Origin: Octopus sinensis
Taxonomy: Eukaryota
NCBI RefSeq assembly: GCF_006345805.1
Contig: NC_043001.1
Span: forward strand, 95,108,001-95,172,000
DNA length: 64,000 bases
Reading direction: 5' to 3'
Position numbers and translations under genes: made by a program. Below, in pieces: positions 13,831-28,369 of the stretch (position 1 is its first letter; each line of letters opens with the position of its first letter). The notes under the pieces are model-generated. The model worked only from the letters and a program-made list of their open reading frames with translations, was not told where the DNA came from and did no database searches.

Positions 13831-14997
13831 TCTTGTTGTTTGTTATCCAGTAAGAAATGAACATGCTTTATACATGAACCCGGCGTGTAATTACTGCTGG
13901 AATTGATTACATATCAACATGTTTCTCAACTAAGAAAATATTTGCTGCATTTATTATCAATTCCAATATTCTGGCTGCTGACATGGATCAGTTGATTAGT
14001 TATCGGTCAAAATGTGCCTTGATCGATAACATAGTTAATATCCGGTAAGAGAAATTTTTAACACACAGCTCTTGATGTACCAAACATTCATTGCAAAATT
14101 GGTTATTTTCCAATATTTGCTATAGCAATTATCTGCCAAAAATATTTAATGATAAAATTGTACTTCAGAATACATAACGTGCCAATATTTTTTCATGTTG
14201 CGCACACCACATGTTAGACATAAGTTCATTCCCCATTAATTATCCGAAGCGAAATGTATTTTTACAAATGGCTACTATTTTGAATAGCATCTAGTTAATA
14301 CGTAAATGCACATTACCGTGTTTTATAATTCAATCAACACTAGTCTGCATTCATTGTAATGCTGAATATGATTTAATTTGATTAATTTATATATGGAAAC
14401 CTCAGAGAATTCTGCCCTTGGCCAAAATCATTTTTATTTTATTATAGCTTTCATCAATTTTTAGTTGATAAATATTTGCGTTAGTTAACTATTAGAATAT
14501 GAATATGCCAGTCAATATTCACACTTCACCCAGCGCATTTTTTACCAATATCAAGATTATATATCAAACGCTGTAGTATCAGAAACGTAATATATATTCC
14601 ATATATTGGTGCTTGTTTATAAATTGACATAACGCAAATTGGACTGTCTTCTATACCGGCGACCTATTTGTCGCATACCATTGTCCCACAGAGTTTGGAG
14701 TTCCAACGCATGACCTTCTTTCGCGGTGGCTGCCCATGGTTTCCGGGATTATCATCAACATTGTATTCGGACTGTTTTGGGAATTTTTAGTGTCCGTAGG
14801 TTTAAAATTATTTACCTCCCTGCTAGAAGACATTCTAGTAGAACATATACATTTATCTCTAACATGTAAAATATATTCCCACACACGCGCGTGCGTACAC
14901 ACACACCTCCAAACACAGACATACACACATATAGATTTATACGTAAACACATTATATAACTTCTTATATTGACTCTACTTTTTAAAGCGCTATTATC

Positions 14998-15045
14998 GTC
15001 TCTGATGAAGGGATATCTCACATATTCTAGAAACAGATGTAAGGC
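14998..15045 (+). ncRNA. Minimal type I hammerhead ribozyme motif (intact core, weak helix II base)
   Basis: gtct-CTGATGA-a-gggatat[ctcac]atattct-a-GAAAC-agat-GTA-aggc. Helix I GUCU/AGGC, 7-bp helix II, short helix III, GUA cleavage triplet; position 10.1/11.1 is an A-A mismatch. Confidence 0.5.
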
Positions 15046-15350
15046 TACGTTTTTCTTTAAAAGTTTCCAAGATATTTCAAACTGTAATGGTTTTATTGCC
15101 TTATTTTATGTAACACACACACACACACGCAGACACACACACAGACACACACACACACATACACACACACACCACACATATATATATATATATATATATA
15201 AATACATAAGAAAATAGTAAAGTGTGAAAAAACAACAGAAGGCTTAAATGTTAAAAAAATATATATATATTTGTGTCAAAATGTCTGGAGAATATTGGAA
15301 TTTTTTTTTTTTTTTCCTTTCCTTAAAATGACATAATTTTAAAATTTTTA

Positions 15351-15390
15351 AAGAAATTACCGGTTTCACGTGTAGCTTTTCAAATTTCTT
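15351..15390 (-). ncRNA. Minimal type I hammerhead ribozyme, U3-A8 core variant, in Penelope 3' region
   Basis: Minus strand AAGAAAT-TTGAAAA-gc[tacac]gt-GAAAC-cg-GTA-ATTTCTT. Perfect 7-bp helix I, palindromic ACCGGT helix III, GUA triplet; same strand as and ~185 nt downstream of the Penelope ORF stop. Confidence 0.6.
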
Positions 15391-15574
15391 GTGACGTTAT
15401 GTTTATATTGCATGGAGTTATCGTTGTGTTTATTTTCAGGAGATTTCTAAATAAGGGGAGGTATTGAGGGATTTCTTCCGGTGTAAGGGAGATAATCGCT
15501 TAAAAATTTTTTTCCCTTTTCCCTTGTTAATTTCTCTGTGTCAGTATGTTCGGATGGTTTTTCCCTTTCCCTTG

Positions 15575-15991
15575 TTAATTTCTCTGTGTCAGTATGTTCG
15601 GATGGTTGAGTCTGGGTTTGTACTTTTCAATGAAGAATGTTTCCTTGTTCAGTCTCATTTGTGTTGATGATCCGAAAGCACATTGGTAAAATGGAAAGAT
15701 TAAAAATTGTGGCAGTAGTTGCTTTGCGCATTTCTCAATGTGCTCACTAAAAGGTATCATTCTATATTCTGCTGGGAATGCAATCTGTTTTCGATGCAGT
15801 CTGCATCTACGCCTGAGTGATAGTCCCGTGGAACCCACGTAGTCTTGGTGGCAGCCCGAGCATTTAATGACATAAATTATGTTTTCAGAGGCACAAGTAA
15901 AGTTAGATTTGATCTTGATTCTGTCCCTCTTTAAAGAAGAATTCTGATCCTTCCAATAGGTTAGGACATGTTGCACAGTTCGATCTACCAC
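15575..15991 (-). pseudogene. Penelope GIY-YIG endonuclease domain (open segment)
   Basis: IIYVIKCSGCHQDYVGSTG...RxRxHR...E...I...P.LN pattern; a frameshift separates it from the upstream Cys linker. Confidence 0.85.
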
Positions 15992-16564
15992 ATTTTTTTA
16001 CTTTTGCATCCGTAATTTTAGAAGACAATTTTGCCTTTGTGAGGATCTTTTTAAGTGATTTAGGCTGTTTGTAGCTTTTAATGATTTGGTGTATGTTTAG
16101 AATTTCCTTTAATTTTGGGTTTTTTTGAATGTATTGGTAAATTCTGGGTGATGATGGTGAAGGCTTCTTTGTTTCTGGGGTTGTATGTAGATATGTAAGG
16201 TAGTATTTTCGGGGAAGGTTGTTTGTTGTGTTGAACTTTTCTTAAAGTTCTATGTTGATTTCTGTTGCACGTCTGATCCCATCCTCTATGAGTTGAGCTG
16301 GGTAATGTCTGTCAATTAGGGTGTTTTTGAGTTCTTGCAGTCTAAAGTTCCTGGTATTTTGTTCTGACACTATTGTGCATATCCTTCTTGCAAGGTTGAA
16401 GGGGATGTTTGTTTTAGTGTGTCTTGGGTGGCATGAATTAAAAAGAAGGTATTGTTTGGCGTCTGTGGCTTTGTAAAAAATGTCTGTTTCTATTTTAAGG
16501 TTAATTTTTTAATTAGTATATCCAAGAACGGGAGCTAGCTCTTTTGGTTGTATTCCATTGTGAA

Positions 16565-17443
16565 CTATATATTTGGGTTTATGCTGTTCAATAGGTTTTT
16601 AAATTTTAGGAGTTTATCTATGTTTTCATTCCAGAGAATGAAACAATCGTCTAGGAATCGTTTCCAATTCTCTTTTATGTATTGAGAGAGGGTGTTTCCA
16701 AAGATTGATAGAGATTCCTGGTAAATGATTATTTCCATGTATCCAATTGTTAAGTTCGCAATGACTGGTGCTGCCCTTGTACCCATAGCAATTCCGGATT
16801 CTTGACGGTAAAATGTATTGTCAAACATGAAGTGGTTATTGTGTAGGATGAATTCAATTGATTTAGTAATGAATTCCTTACTGATCCTTTTTGGTATTTC
16901 TTCCGGAAATTGGTCTAACCAGAACTGTATTGCCTCCAGTCCATAATTGTGAGGTATACTGGTATACAAGTTGACTACATCAAATGAAACCAGGATTGTT
17001 TCTTCCTTGTTTTTTTTTGGAAGGTGGTTTAACATATCTAAGTCATCTCTGATATGGCTATCGATATGTTTAAGGAAGGGTTTCAGGAGGATGTCCATAA
17101 GTAGACTTAGTCTGTGTGTTTCACAGGTTGGGCCAGCTACAATGGGTCGTAGTTTTAGGTCCCCCGGATTAGGTGTGTGTATGTATGTCTTTGGTGATTT
17201 TTTAATGGTTTCATTTATAATTTGACTTTTATGAATTTTTGGCAGACCATAGAAAAGGCTAGGTTTGCATTTAAAGTTTGTTAGGAAATCAATCTCTTTG
17301 GTTGTCAGTTCCTTTTCATGGGCTTTAATTAGTGAAGATAGAGTTTTCATTATTTTTTGTGGGGTGTAGTTGGTAATTTTTTCATAATGTAGGTCTTCAT
17401 CAAGCAAGGAAATTACAAGATTTCTGTAGTATGATTTATCCAT
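16565..17443 (-). pseudogene. Penelope reverse transcriptase core (open segment of a broken ORF)
   Basis: 292-aa ORF with the PLE RT motifs FYGLPKIHK, LRPIV, SFDVVNLYTSIP, GIAMGT and RFLDD. Confidence 0.9.
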
Positions 17444-18250
17444 TATTACAACTGCATTTCCCTTGTCCGCTTCCTTAATGGTTATATCTTCATCATTTTG
17501 GAGTTCTATCAGTTCTTTCTATTGTGTAGTGTTAAAATTTGGGTTAGTTTTCTGTTTATGTATAGTATGGTAGGGGAAGTTCTCAATGTGGTTACAGAAT
17601 TCGTCAAGATCTTTATTTCTTCCCCTGTGTGGGATGTGTTCACTTTGGTTCTTGACTAGTGATTCATCTTCAGTATTGAAACTGTTTGATGCTTCTGCTA
17701 GTCTTAATTTTCTGCAAAATTCTGTTATATTATCCTTGAGTTCATTTAGGTTTGCTCTGCGTGGAGTTGGTGTAAATTTGAGCCCTTTTGCGAGGATGTC
17801 AATTTTTATCTTAGAAAGAGGTTTGGTTGAAAGATTGATTATCTTCGGTTTTTCCTTATTACTAGGTTCCAGCCTGTGTCCTGGTGTCCCTGGTCCCTGG
17901 CTAAAAAATGTTGGTGTAATTTTGTTTGTATGAGTTGTCTGTGAGGTTGTGTGGTATTTGGTCGGGGGAGTGGTGGTATTGTTGCCTCCGATCGTTGTGT
18001 GTGTGTGGGAATCTATGGTTGTTAATGCTTGTGGTGTGTGTAAAATTTCTGTATGGGAAATATTTTTGTTTCGAACTTCTTGTATGTGGAATGTTGCTTG
18101 ACATAGTGTTTCTTTGCGTTTGTCTTGTGTTTAGTGGGGACCAGTAGTTTTGGTTCATGGGGTAGTAGTGATTTGTGTGTGGTGTATTTCTTATTCTAGT
18201 GTCGTATTGTGCTGTATGGTGGTTGTATATATTGTGCTGTATATATGTAT

Positions 18251-18316
<66 letters not shown>

Positions 18317-18317
18317 T

Positions 18318-18470
18318 GGCGCAGGCGTGGCTGTGTGGTAAGATGCTAGGTTCTCGGATGAAGTCCTATTCAATAGTACTTTCGGCAAATGTCTTCTCCT
18401 ATAGCCTCGGGCTGATTAAAAAGTTTGTGATGGATTCGGTAGATGGTAACTGAAAGAAACACGTCGTATA
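18318..18470 (+). mobile_element. tRNA-derived SINE family A, 5' half
   Basis: ggcgcaggcgtggctgtgtggtaag head, then gtcttctcctatagcctcgggc...aactgaaagaaacacgtcgtata; homologous to 52128-52544 and 38402-38752. Confidence 0.8.
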
Positions 18471-18501
18471 CACACACACACACACACACACATACATACA
18501 T

Positions 18502-18561
<60 letters not shown>

Positions 18562-18609
18562 ATATGTATATATATATGTATAAATATATATACACGTATA
18601 CATACACAG

Positions 18610-19360
18610 TGCTATGTCCCACATATAGCGACGTATTTCGTCGTCTGCGTGACAAGCCCGAACACCTGACCACGCTGACTTCTTTTCTTTATTTGACACA
18701 CAGACCATGATAGGCAGACGGACGGCACAAGGACAGACAGAACACCTCAGTGGGGACAAAAAACATAAAGCGACTTCGTTGAAATCTCTTTGTCCCACCT
18801 GAATGACCATTTCTAATCAGTCCTTATCCCAATCAATTTACCTTCTGTGTCCTTGTCGCATTTAGAATTTTGGCGCCTTCTTCGGTTTTATGCAATACGG
18901 CTGCCACCAACCACGCTTCTTTTATTTCTAGTGGCACTATGCCTATTCTCACTCTATTCTCACAGTAGGTAAGCAGCAGTACCCATTTTTCAGTCTTTAG
19001 CATCCCAGTAGAGCGATTTATTCTCTCCTGTTCGTTGGTAAATCTTCCCTCCACTGTGCTGTATATTCTGCCTCCTGTTTAGAATGTTGCTATATGATTA
19101 ATTTCCCTAGCTCTCTCTATTTTCTTCGTGGTTGTAGAGAGTGTTCTCTATACCAATGTTCTTTCCTTGTTACTTGTCGACACTTCTGGATGCTTAAATG
19201 GATCCCTCCTTCTGAATCAGTCTGTAGTATTCCTTTAACTTCTTTTGTTCAATTTCAATTTCTTGTTCTTCTAGCAAATATGCTCCTTTCCCAGCTGCGG
19301 AAGCCTAACTCCCGGCATGTGTTGGAACTTGTTCACACTCCACATTTCCTTCTTTTCTTC
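18610..19360 (-). mobile_element. Degenerate coding-like remnant, possibly the 3' part of an LTR retrotransposon
   Basis: Purine-rich minus strand with interrupted frame ...ATF*TGGRIYSTVEGRFTNEQERINRSTG...IVPLEIKEAWLVAAVLHK, followed by a non-coding tail with AATAAA; no diagnostic motif recognised. Confidence 0.2.
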
Positions 19361-20107
19361 ATTTAATTTGCCCTAAAATGGGGAAGCGGACAATCAAAGA
19401 AATCACAAGCCCGCACGCAAAATCAGTAACCGTGTTTAACAAATTCAACAATTCGAATCATATTATAACAACACCATTATACAGTGGGGGGTATCCTCGT
19501 TGCCACAGATAAACCACGCATTATGACGAAGTAGTTTCGCTGACTGACATTGCTTGTTGTATATATTTATTTATGTCTGCCATTGTGTCCGCACTTCTCC
19601 ATAATTTAAAGTTTCAGCAAAGAAAAACTATTAAATAATTACTAGGCTATATACGATACGTTTTTATGTCGATTTTTTCGCGCAATCCTTGAAGGCAATG
19701 TGCGAGTATGGCTGCAATAAAGTGGCTGAAAATGAATAAAAGACTATATATATATATTCGTAGCCACTTCATCATAGCTGTCTGTTGGAGCAGACTCTAT
19801 TGCGATTTTAATCCAAAGAAGAATGTCCTCTAGCTGGTTAACGATGCATAGCTGCATCCGATAAAGTGTTTGGGGGTATGTATGTGTGTGTATATATATA
19901 TATATATATTATATATATATATATATTGAAGTGCATACATTCATGCACACGCACACGCAAATACGTATGTATAGTAATCTGAAATTAGTAGTTTCTATTG
20001 TATGGTCAGTCTAAATCGATGCGTAAATAATCACATTGCCTACTTATTTCTCCGTGAGTGGTCATGTTCATGTCTTTATCTCTGAAGAGGCCGTAATATC
20101 GATTTCA

Positions 20108-20232
20108 AATTTTGGCACAAGGTTAACACCTTTTGTGTTGAGCTGGGGGTTCATTAAATCGACCCCAATACTTGACTGGTACCTATTTAATCAACTTCGA
20201 AAAGATGAAAAGCAACATAGACCTCGGCGTAG
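20108..20232 (-). mobile_element. SINE family B fragment (diverged)
   Basis: atcgaccccaatacttgactggtacc...cgaaaagatgaaaagcaacatagacctcggcg matches 11145-11215. Confidence 0.65.
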
Positions 20233-20523
20233 CACGAAAATAGATTAAGAATGTTCGACATATTTCTAATGTTTCCTGAGATGAACAAATTTGATACGCT
20301 TATGTGTCTACTACGTATGTTTTCCCATGTAAATATATCTCTGTGCTTGACAGTTTGTATTTTTGTCATGTAAGTATTTTTGTATGTACGCCTGCATACA
20401 TGCATATATTCATATATTTATGTATGTATATCTGTTGTTATGTATGCATACATGCATATATTCATATATTTATGTATGTATATCTGTTGTTATGTATGTA
20501 TGACCATTCCGAAATATAACGAT

Positions 20524-20556
<33 letters not shown>

Positions 20557-22156
20557 GTACGTATATGCCACTGACAATTTTGTCGCGAACTGAGATACAC
20601 GAAAATTCAACGATCTGTTTGACATCATTATAATCAATTGCGGTGGATTAATGCCTCTGTGTGAGGCTGTAATTTCTACCATCAATCTCTTCAATGTTTA
20701 AGAATTTTGATTTTAATTTATTTTCTGTTCAAGCTTTGTCAATTAATTTCTAGACGGGCGTGTGATATTTAATCTCATTAAACGTGTGTGAAAAGTCCTG
20801 AGTGTTTTCTGTTTAGATTTTACTCTGATATATTTATAGATATTTCACTGTTACAAAGTTAGGTAAATCTAAATAAAGTGTTAGCCTATGCTATCGAATT
20901 CCCCCATTTATTTTGTTTAGAACGATTGGCCGAAGAAATATGTCAGCGGCTCGAATCGCCTAAACGTCAAGAGAAAGCATACTCAACAAATAACAGACAT
21001 TTTATATTAGAAGAGATAAGTGAATATAACACAACATCACACTTTAAATAAACCTGCCTGTTATATAGTAGAACAACGTATCCAGACATATATTTAATTC
21101 CGTTCTGCAAATATTTGACAAGAAGCAAACACTATATATCTTTGATGAATAAATGTAACCACATTCTAAGTACCCACGAAAATGGGCATTTTCAAATTAA
21201 CCACACACATTCGTTCGACTGATGGCTAACGTAAAACCACGTATAATTATAAATGTATGAATTGATTCAATAACTAAATGAGACAGAAATGACCACAAAC
21301 ACAGAAATAATTATAATTTGAAACGCTTAAAATGGCGCAGTTCAAAATCTATAAAAATAATCTGATTGTTCACATTCGATCATTCATCATGTTTAATATT
21401 AATCATGAACTACATGTAGTAAAAAGAAACTGGAGTTTTTTATTGTTAAAGGAATTACCTATTATTACTTTCCGATTTCAGTTCAGTAATCAGCAACATC
21501 TTTCGCCTCAAAGGTATATGAGCAATCTCAAATTGTGGACAAAACGAAATTCAGACGATCAGTAGTTATGAGATCAACGGGGACTTTATTACTATTTACA
21601 ATATGCGATACTCCTAAACCTTTTTAATCAGTGAAGAATCAACACAATAATACGAATAAGATGATTAAATTTCCAAAACATAAATTAATCCTTGTGCCTC
21701 CAGAGCAGATATTGTCAAACAAAAAACAATACATTTCATATTCTAAAACCAACTGATTCAGAGCTTTTATCAGCAGAATGAAATCATACAAATATCGGCA
21801 TAGATATACAATATCGTATATACCGACTGCTGAAATGAATACAAAGATTGTGACAATATACATAACGATGTAAAAAGACAACAAAAGACGGAGAATATGT
21901 AAGATTAAAAAATAACGTTAAGAAATTATGAGTAAAAAGTCATTGCGCTGTACCAGTTCTCACCTACAGATCTAAATGTTTTGAATGCCTCAGCGTATAG
22001 TAAATATTAAATGCATTAAGTATATTTAATAGAAAACATGAAATGATGCAATTTGTATGTACGTACTTATGCACATGTATATTCATGCATCTATGTTATG
22101 TGTGTATTTATGTATGAGCATATGTGCATATTGTATGCATATACAAGTTCGTGTGT

Positions 22157-22199
<43 letters not shown>

Positions 22200-22352
22200 T
22201 GTGTGTGCATGTATGTATATATATATATCGATATATCTATATATCCAATATGTAATATATATGTATGCGTATGTACGTATTTATATACATGTGTACGTTC
22301 TTATATATCTATATACGTGTACATGTATGCATATATAGAAATATATATATAG

Positions 22353-22400
<48 letters not shown>

Positions 22401-24055
22401 TATATATATTATATATATATATATAGACACACATCTGTGCATGTATTGTGTGTCTAAATGTGTGATTACGTAAGTATGAGGAGGAACATGTGGATTATTT
22501 TAATTGTAATTGAGAGCTTAAGAGAATTATAAAAGCATCGATGCAGAAATTCATGCAATATATGAAAACCCACACGTATCACACCTGACAGTAATGAGAA
22601 AACGATACACACCCACGTGTATACATCAAACGAAACTTTATAATGTTTGAGAAACGAAATACATTCAATTTATATGTTAAGGTACACATCCTACGTAATA
22701 TATGTTACCTGCATATATCTGATCCCATGCACATATATTTATGCATATATACCCAGCTGATCTCTTATACATATTCACGAACATTCCCTCTATTAATGTG
22801 TTTCACCCTTGCAGAAGAATCATGTGGTAGCTAGCTTTTTACGTTCCATTACCCTCTAATATAACGCAACTTATCAAAGGCAAAATATATTGCTTTCTAA
22901 GGTTCTATTTTGACATGCATCCCGAGCTACATTAGTGAATACAAGCAATTATTACTAGAATATAACTTATCACTCCACTATATTCGGTATTCTATATTCT
23001 CTATTTTAAAAAGGAAAATTCTTCAGAAATCTATTTTCGATATGAATGATGTAAACGCAATTTATATATTTGCTTTTTTTATTTCAGTAATCTTCTTAAT
23101 ATATATCCGTATTTTACTTATCTTCTTAATATATACCGTGTATTTTTTTACCATTTATCATAAGTGAAATATCTATACATTTAAAATGTAATAATTTATT
23201 TTTATTTCATTTACACTCCCGTAATATACGAGCTGAACATAAAATCATATAAATATGTATAGATATGTAAATATATATGTGCATCTCTCTACATAACTGT
23301 ACATATTACTTTTCAAAAATACATATGAATTTGAAGTTATCTTATGCTGGTCTAATATTTGCATTTATTAAAATTTGTGCATGTCGACAATATTTATTCG
23401 AGAACGGTCCAGAATAAAATCGCTCAATTCGATTAAATCTCCCCTTGCGTAAATTCTGCAAGTGTTGCTACATAAGTTTTCCTTTTGATATCATTTTTAA
23501 TATATTTGAAGCACTTTATTTCACTATAAATATAAGATCGCTGGTAAAATACTATTTTGCAAGCCATACATTTTAATTTGTTTGAATGTTTTATTCAGAA
23601 GTGATAAAGGCGGTTCTGGGTCTTAGTTTAAGCAGTTTCGAAACCACCACTTTAATTTTTATTTTGACATTCGTACACTTTACTAAATAGAAGTATTTCT
23701 TGCATGAATTTGCCCAAACAATTTTAATTTTAGGCTTTCTAAATCTTACTTTGACATATTCTTGGTTTTATAACACGTTTGGATTCCAAATAGCGCTCTA
23801 TATTTAACATGGCCGCCGTTTTTCGCAGCAATCGAAAATTCCTCTACATACATCATATCTACTTACTGCTAGTAGGAAGAAAACCTAACCGCTTATTAGC
23901 TACATTAATATCATTTATTGCTCCACTGTCTCCAACTCACATAAATATTTTGAACACCGTTCACTAAAATCTCCTTGTGTGAACAGAATGTTTGTAAGCC
24001 AATATTCAATATCTCTCTTACTTTTACTCCTGCATTGATTTTCGTACATGAACCC

Positions 24056-24088
<33 letters not shown>

Positions 24089-25117
24089 ATTTGTTTATGC
24101 GCTTAGCTAGAATTAAACATGGACAATTAGATTGCAGATTCTAACAACTATTGTTAGTGGTTGGAAAACTGAATCCATATATATATATATATATATATAT
24201 AATGGATTCAGTTTTCCAATATTTATATACATACTGGACCACTCACCAAGCAAAGGTGCGAACTCGCACGCTACGCATATGCGTTTATGCACGCTTATAT
24301 TTATCTGTATCAGTCTATTCCTTTGTATCAGCATTGAACATGTCAAGAAAGTAATTTGCATTCCTTAAAGATCTACATTTAAACGTATTTAAACCTGCGT
24401 GTTGCCGTATGTATACCGGAATGACGAATGTCTAGTTTATTATTAAACTCTGTGTACCTTTAAACTGTTAAAGTACGGTTTAGCAGAAAATGTGCTTTAG
24501 AAATGCAATATGGTAACGAAATGCAATATTTATAGGCTGGTCCGTAAATCTTAAGCGTCGATTACGCAACCGCTATTCATATTTTAAATTAAGACATAAG
24601 GCAGGCAGGGTGTCTAGTAGCGATGGTTTGGGAACTTGAGGATGACAATGTTAAATTTGATTAGTGTCGTGGATTCGTACTTAAACAGTAGATACGGATG
24701 CAGAATTTGCTGCATGGAGCTATTTGAAATATTACAGAGATCTAATACTAATAATCTACTAAATAATACATTAGACCTTCGCCTTTCCAGTATACATAAG
24801 GTTACCCGCACTTTATAAAACTTTAAGGATATAAAGGAGCTCTCTAATAGCCCTCAACCTAGCTCCAATCCAATTTACTACCTCTTTCATGGTAAGCTAT
24901 ATAGAAAGACCTAACCATTGTATTTTTGCGGTGTATCCTGTATTATAGAATAACTATGACAGTGATACTTAACATCTAGTGCCGCCTGCACACACTAGTA
25001 TTTCGTTTCCATTCCTACTAGGTATGTACTCCATACGCCCGCATATAGTTTCTTTTAGCAGCGCTTGTTCTATAGTTGAGAGAACACACTATCCGAACAT
25101 CTTACCCGTGACTATTG

Positions 25118-25262
25118 TCTGCTAAAGAGTTGTTGAATCTGTTTCGGCAAGCTTATGGCAACGAAACAATGACTCATGCGTAATGTTTTGAATGGCACGG
25201 GCATTTCAAAAGAGGAAGAACTTTCCTGGTAGAAGATTAGCGATCTAGAAGACATGCCCCGA
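25118..25262 (+). mobile_element. Mariner transposase N-terminal (HTH) remnant
   Basis: SAKELLNLFRQAYGNETMTHA*CFEWHGHFKRGRTFLVED*RSRR resembles the mariner QAYG..AMS...CFEW...FK.GR.S.EDD.RSGRP motif. Confidence 0.7.
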
Positions 25263-25544
25263 GTATTAACCCCGGAAATGCGTTATTGTGCATCAGGGAT
25301 CCGTACTCATTAGTAGATATAATAGTGTATAACTTATGAGATTCAGTTTATCTCATAGTGGGAGTAAAAAACACTTCACTATCTCGTATTAACATTAAAT
25401 GTAAATTAGTTTATCCGTATATATCGAGAAAATTCCTCATAATATACCATCGATAATATCACTGAATCTCTGGATTATACAATCCCTAAAGAGGTCAACA
25501 CACTCAATCTGATTTTGTGTGAGTATGAATATATACATACGTAC

Positions 25545-25927
<383 letters not shown>

Positions 25928-27112
25928 TCAAGCAATACATACATGTTTGTGTGAGTGGGTCATTAAGTAACTGAGTTATTATTGAACGCTTATACGTTTT
26001 GAGACGCTGCTATTTTAGTAATTTAATTAAGGTTCCTGAATTTTCACTCAACCAAGAATTATCCATTTTTGAAATGGTCATTTACAATGCCACGCTTTTG
26101 AACAGCCTTATTGCCTCATTTGTAGGTGTTGCCTATTAATCTATATTCTATAGCTTTTCTTTCGTAATAGCTGTGTGTCTCATCGTAAATTGATCGCAAT
26201 TAAAACAATTTTCGTAACGTTCAGCCCGGTTTAGAAAGTGACAGATAAATTATATCCCACGTTTCACTACTAATTTTCTTGTACGGCTAATTTTAGTAGT
26301 TGCTAAGTATTTTCTTTACAGTATCGACTCGTATTGAAACTTCGCCAAACGGATAGAATTGCAAATGAAGAATGAAGAAATGGTTTACTATTCCTTCAAA
26401 CAGGGATACACATGATTTGTAGAATTTTTGTTAACGTCCTGATCCCAATATTAAAAAAGGAAATGATTTATTAGAGGTACACCTCTTACTTTCCATTATG
26501 AGAAGTCCTTTGTTGCGCTTTGTTATTTTTATGCGGTTTCTTTATCACTGAAACTCATAAATGTTCTTTACATAAAGGCGACATGACGAATCTCGCTTAT
26601 TGCTACATACTCCACTAAATACTCGTCACAATTTTTATAAATATTAATTTGCAATAATATGAGAAGTTTGTAGGAATTACCAATGTGACGAAAGCATAGC
26701 ACGTTTCATAAATGTCGTTTGGACAGCGTCTAACCGTATTGACTCAGAAGCAAAGGAAACTTAATCTAACATAATGCAACTTCATGCATAATATGTCAGA
26801 ATAAACGTTTCTTATCGATAATGAACGGGTCATACCTAGATGGCGAATAACGCAGCCATATGACGAATCCTAAACTTAAACAATCTTTTATATTCTTTCT
26901 TTTTCATTGTTTCATCCATTACACTGCGGACTAATTGGCGTACCACCTTGATTGTCGTAGTCAAATTAAGCAACATCATTTCATATTCTTAACCTGGTAC
27001 TTATTCTACTGGTTCATTTACTGAAACTTGAATTTCCAGGGAGCTATATTCACCAACATAGGTTGTCAAAGGAACAACCTCAAAAACAAAGACGCACACA
27101 CACACACACACG

Positions 27113-27204
<92 letters not shown>

Positions 27205-27254
27205 ATATGTATTTATATATATATATAATATATATATAATATATATATATATAC

Positions 27255-27288
<34 letters not shown>

Positions 27289-27336
27289 GTATGTATATAT
27301 ATATTATATATATATATATATAGATATATATATATG

Positions 27337-27427
<91 letters not shown>

Positions 27428-28325
27428 GACCGAATTATTAACGACAAAGTGGATTTAGACATAAGCAATATTTAGGTTGGTCAAAATACGGTTGTGACAT
27501 ATTTCAACTGCTAAAAAGCAAAGCCATTGCAATTACCATGGAGAACAAATTCCCATTGGGTAAACTAGTGTAAAAAAAAGCACCTCATCTGTCCAGTGTC
27601 ACCATCTATCACCGTTCCCCGACATCGATGTTTCTAGCTCCTTAACTGTTATCAATTGGAAGTGTCTAAGACTGGCAACACTGCACATTGTTTATAAAGG
27701 CATAGCTTTATCTAAACTGTCAGTCAAACACACACAATCACAAACAAACATCTTATGCGGGTTATTAATTACAGAATAGAAGTACAATATACATAAGCGG
27801 AAAGACCAAGAGCACATGGTGACCAATGTTTTGTCTCGGTTGTGGAATTTTAAATATAACAACAAATGACCATACCGAAAGTTTAGCTCATTTCCCCACA
27901 GATATGATTATATATATTAGACAATGCGAAAATAATTGCCTAATTTCATTAACACAAGAATATTACTAATTGATACATAATTGGAGCATATATTAGATTA
28001 TTATGTAAACAGCTGTGTACAGGCACACATACAGTCACGCACGCATAGACATACATTTATATAGAGATGTATACATACACAAATACATAGACGTATATTT
28101 TTGTGTACGTGTGTATGTATGCATATGTGTGTGCACATGTGTGTACTTCTGATGTTGTAAATATATATGCATGTATATCAGTGCATATGTGTTAGTGTGA
28201 ATCTTTTCTTTTATGTAGTTAAATAATGATATAGTATGTTAATGCAAGCTTAGCGGGAGAGGGCGATGAAAAATAATGAATATATGCTGTCTCTATTGAG
28301 ACAGCATATGAAGGGGAATAAGACT

Positions 28326-28326
28326 G

Positions 28327-28369
<43 letters not shown>

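Larger units (their letters stand above)
15210..18240 (-). mobile_element. Penelope-like retroelement, Neptune-type, frameshifted
   Basis: N-terminal LAKGLKFTPTP and IKEADKGNAVVIMD; RT with GIAMGTRAAPVIANL and WKRFLDDCF; thumb YLLFNSCHPRHTK; Cys-rich linker KCGRSNCATC; GIY-YIG NIIYVIKCSGCHQDYVG...RLNKETFFIEKYKPRLN. Outer boundaries are approximate, at flanking microsatellites. Confidence 0.92.

Noticed and set aside
20389-20500. 52-bp tandem duplication
   Set aside because: Low-complexity TATG-derived sequence; ordinary slippage.
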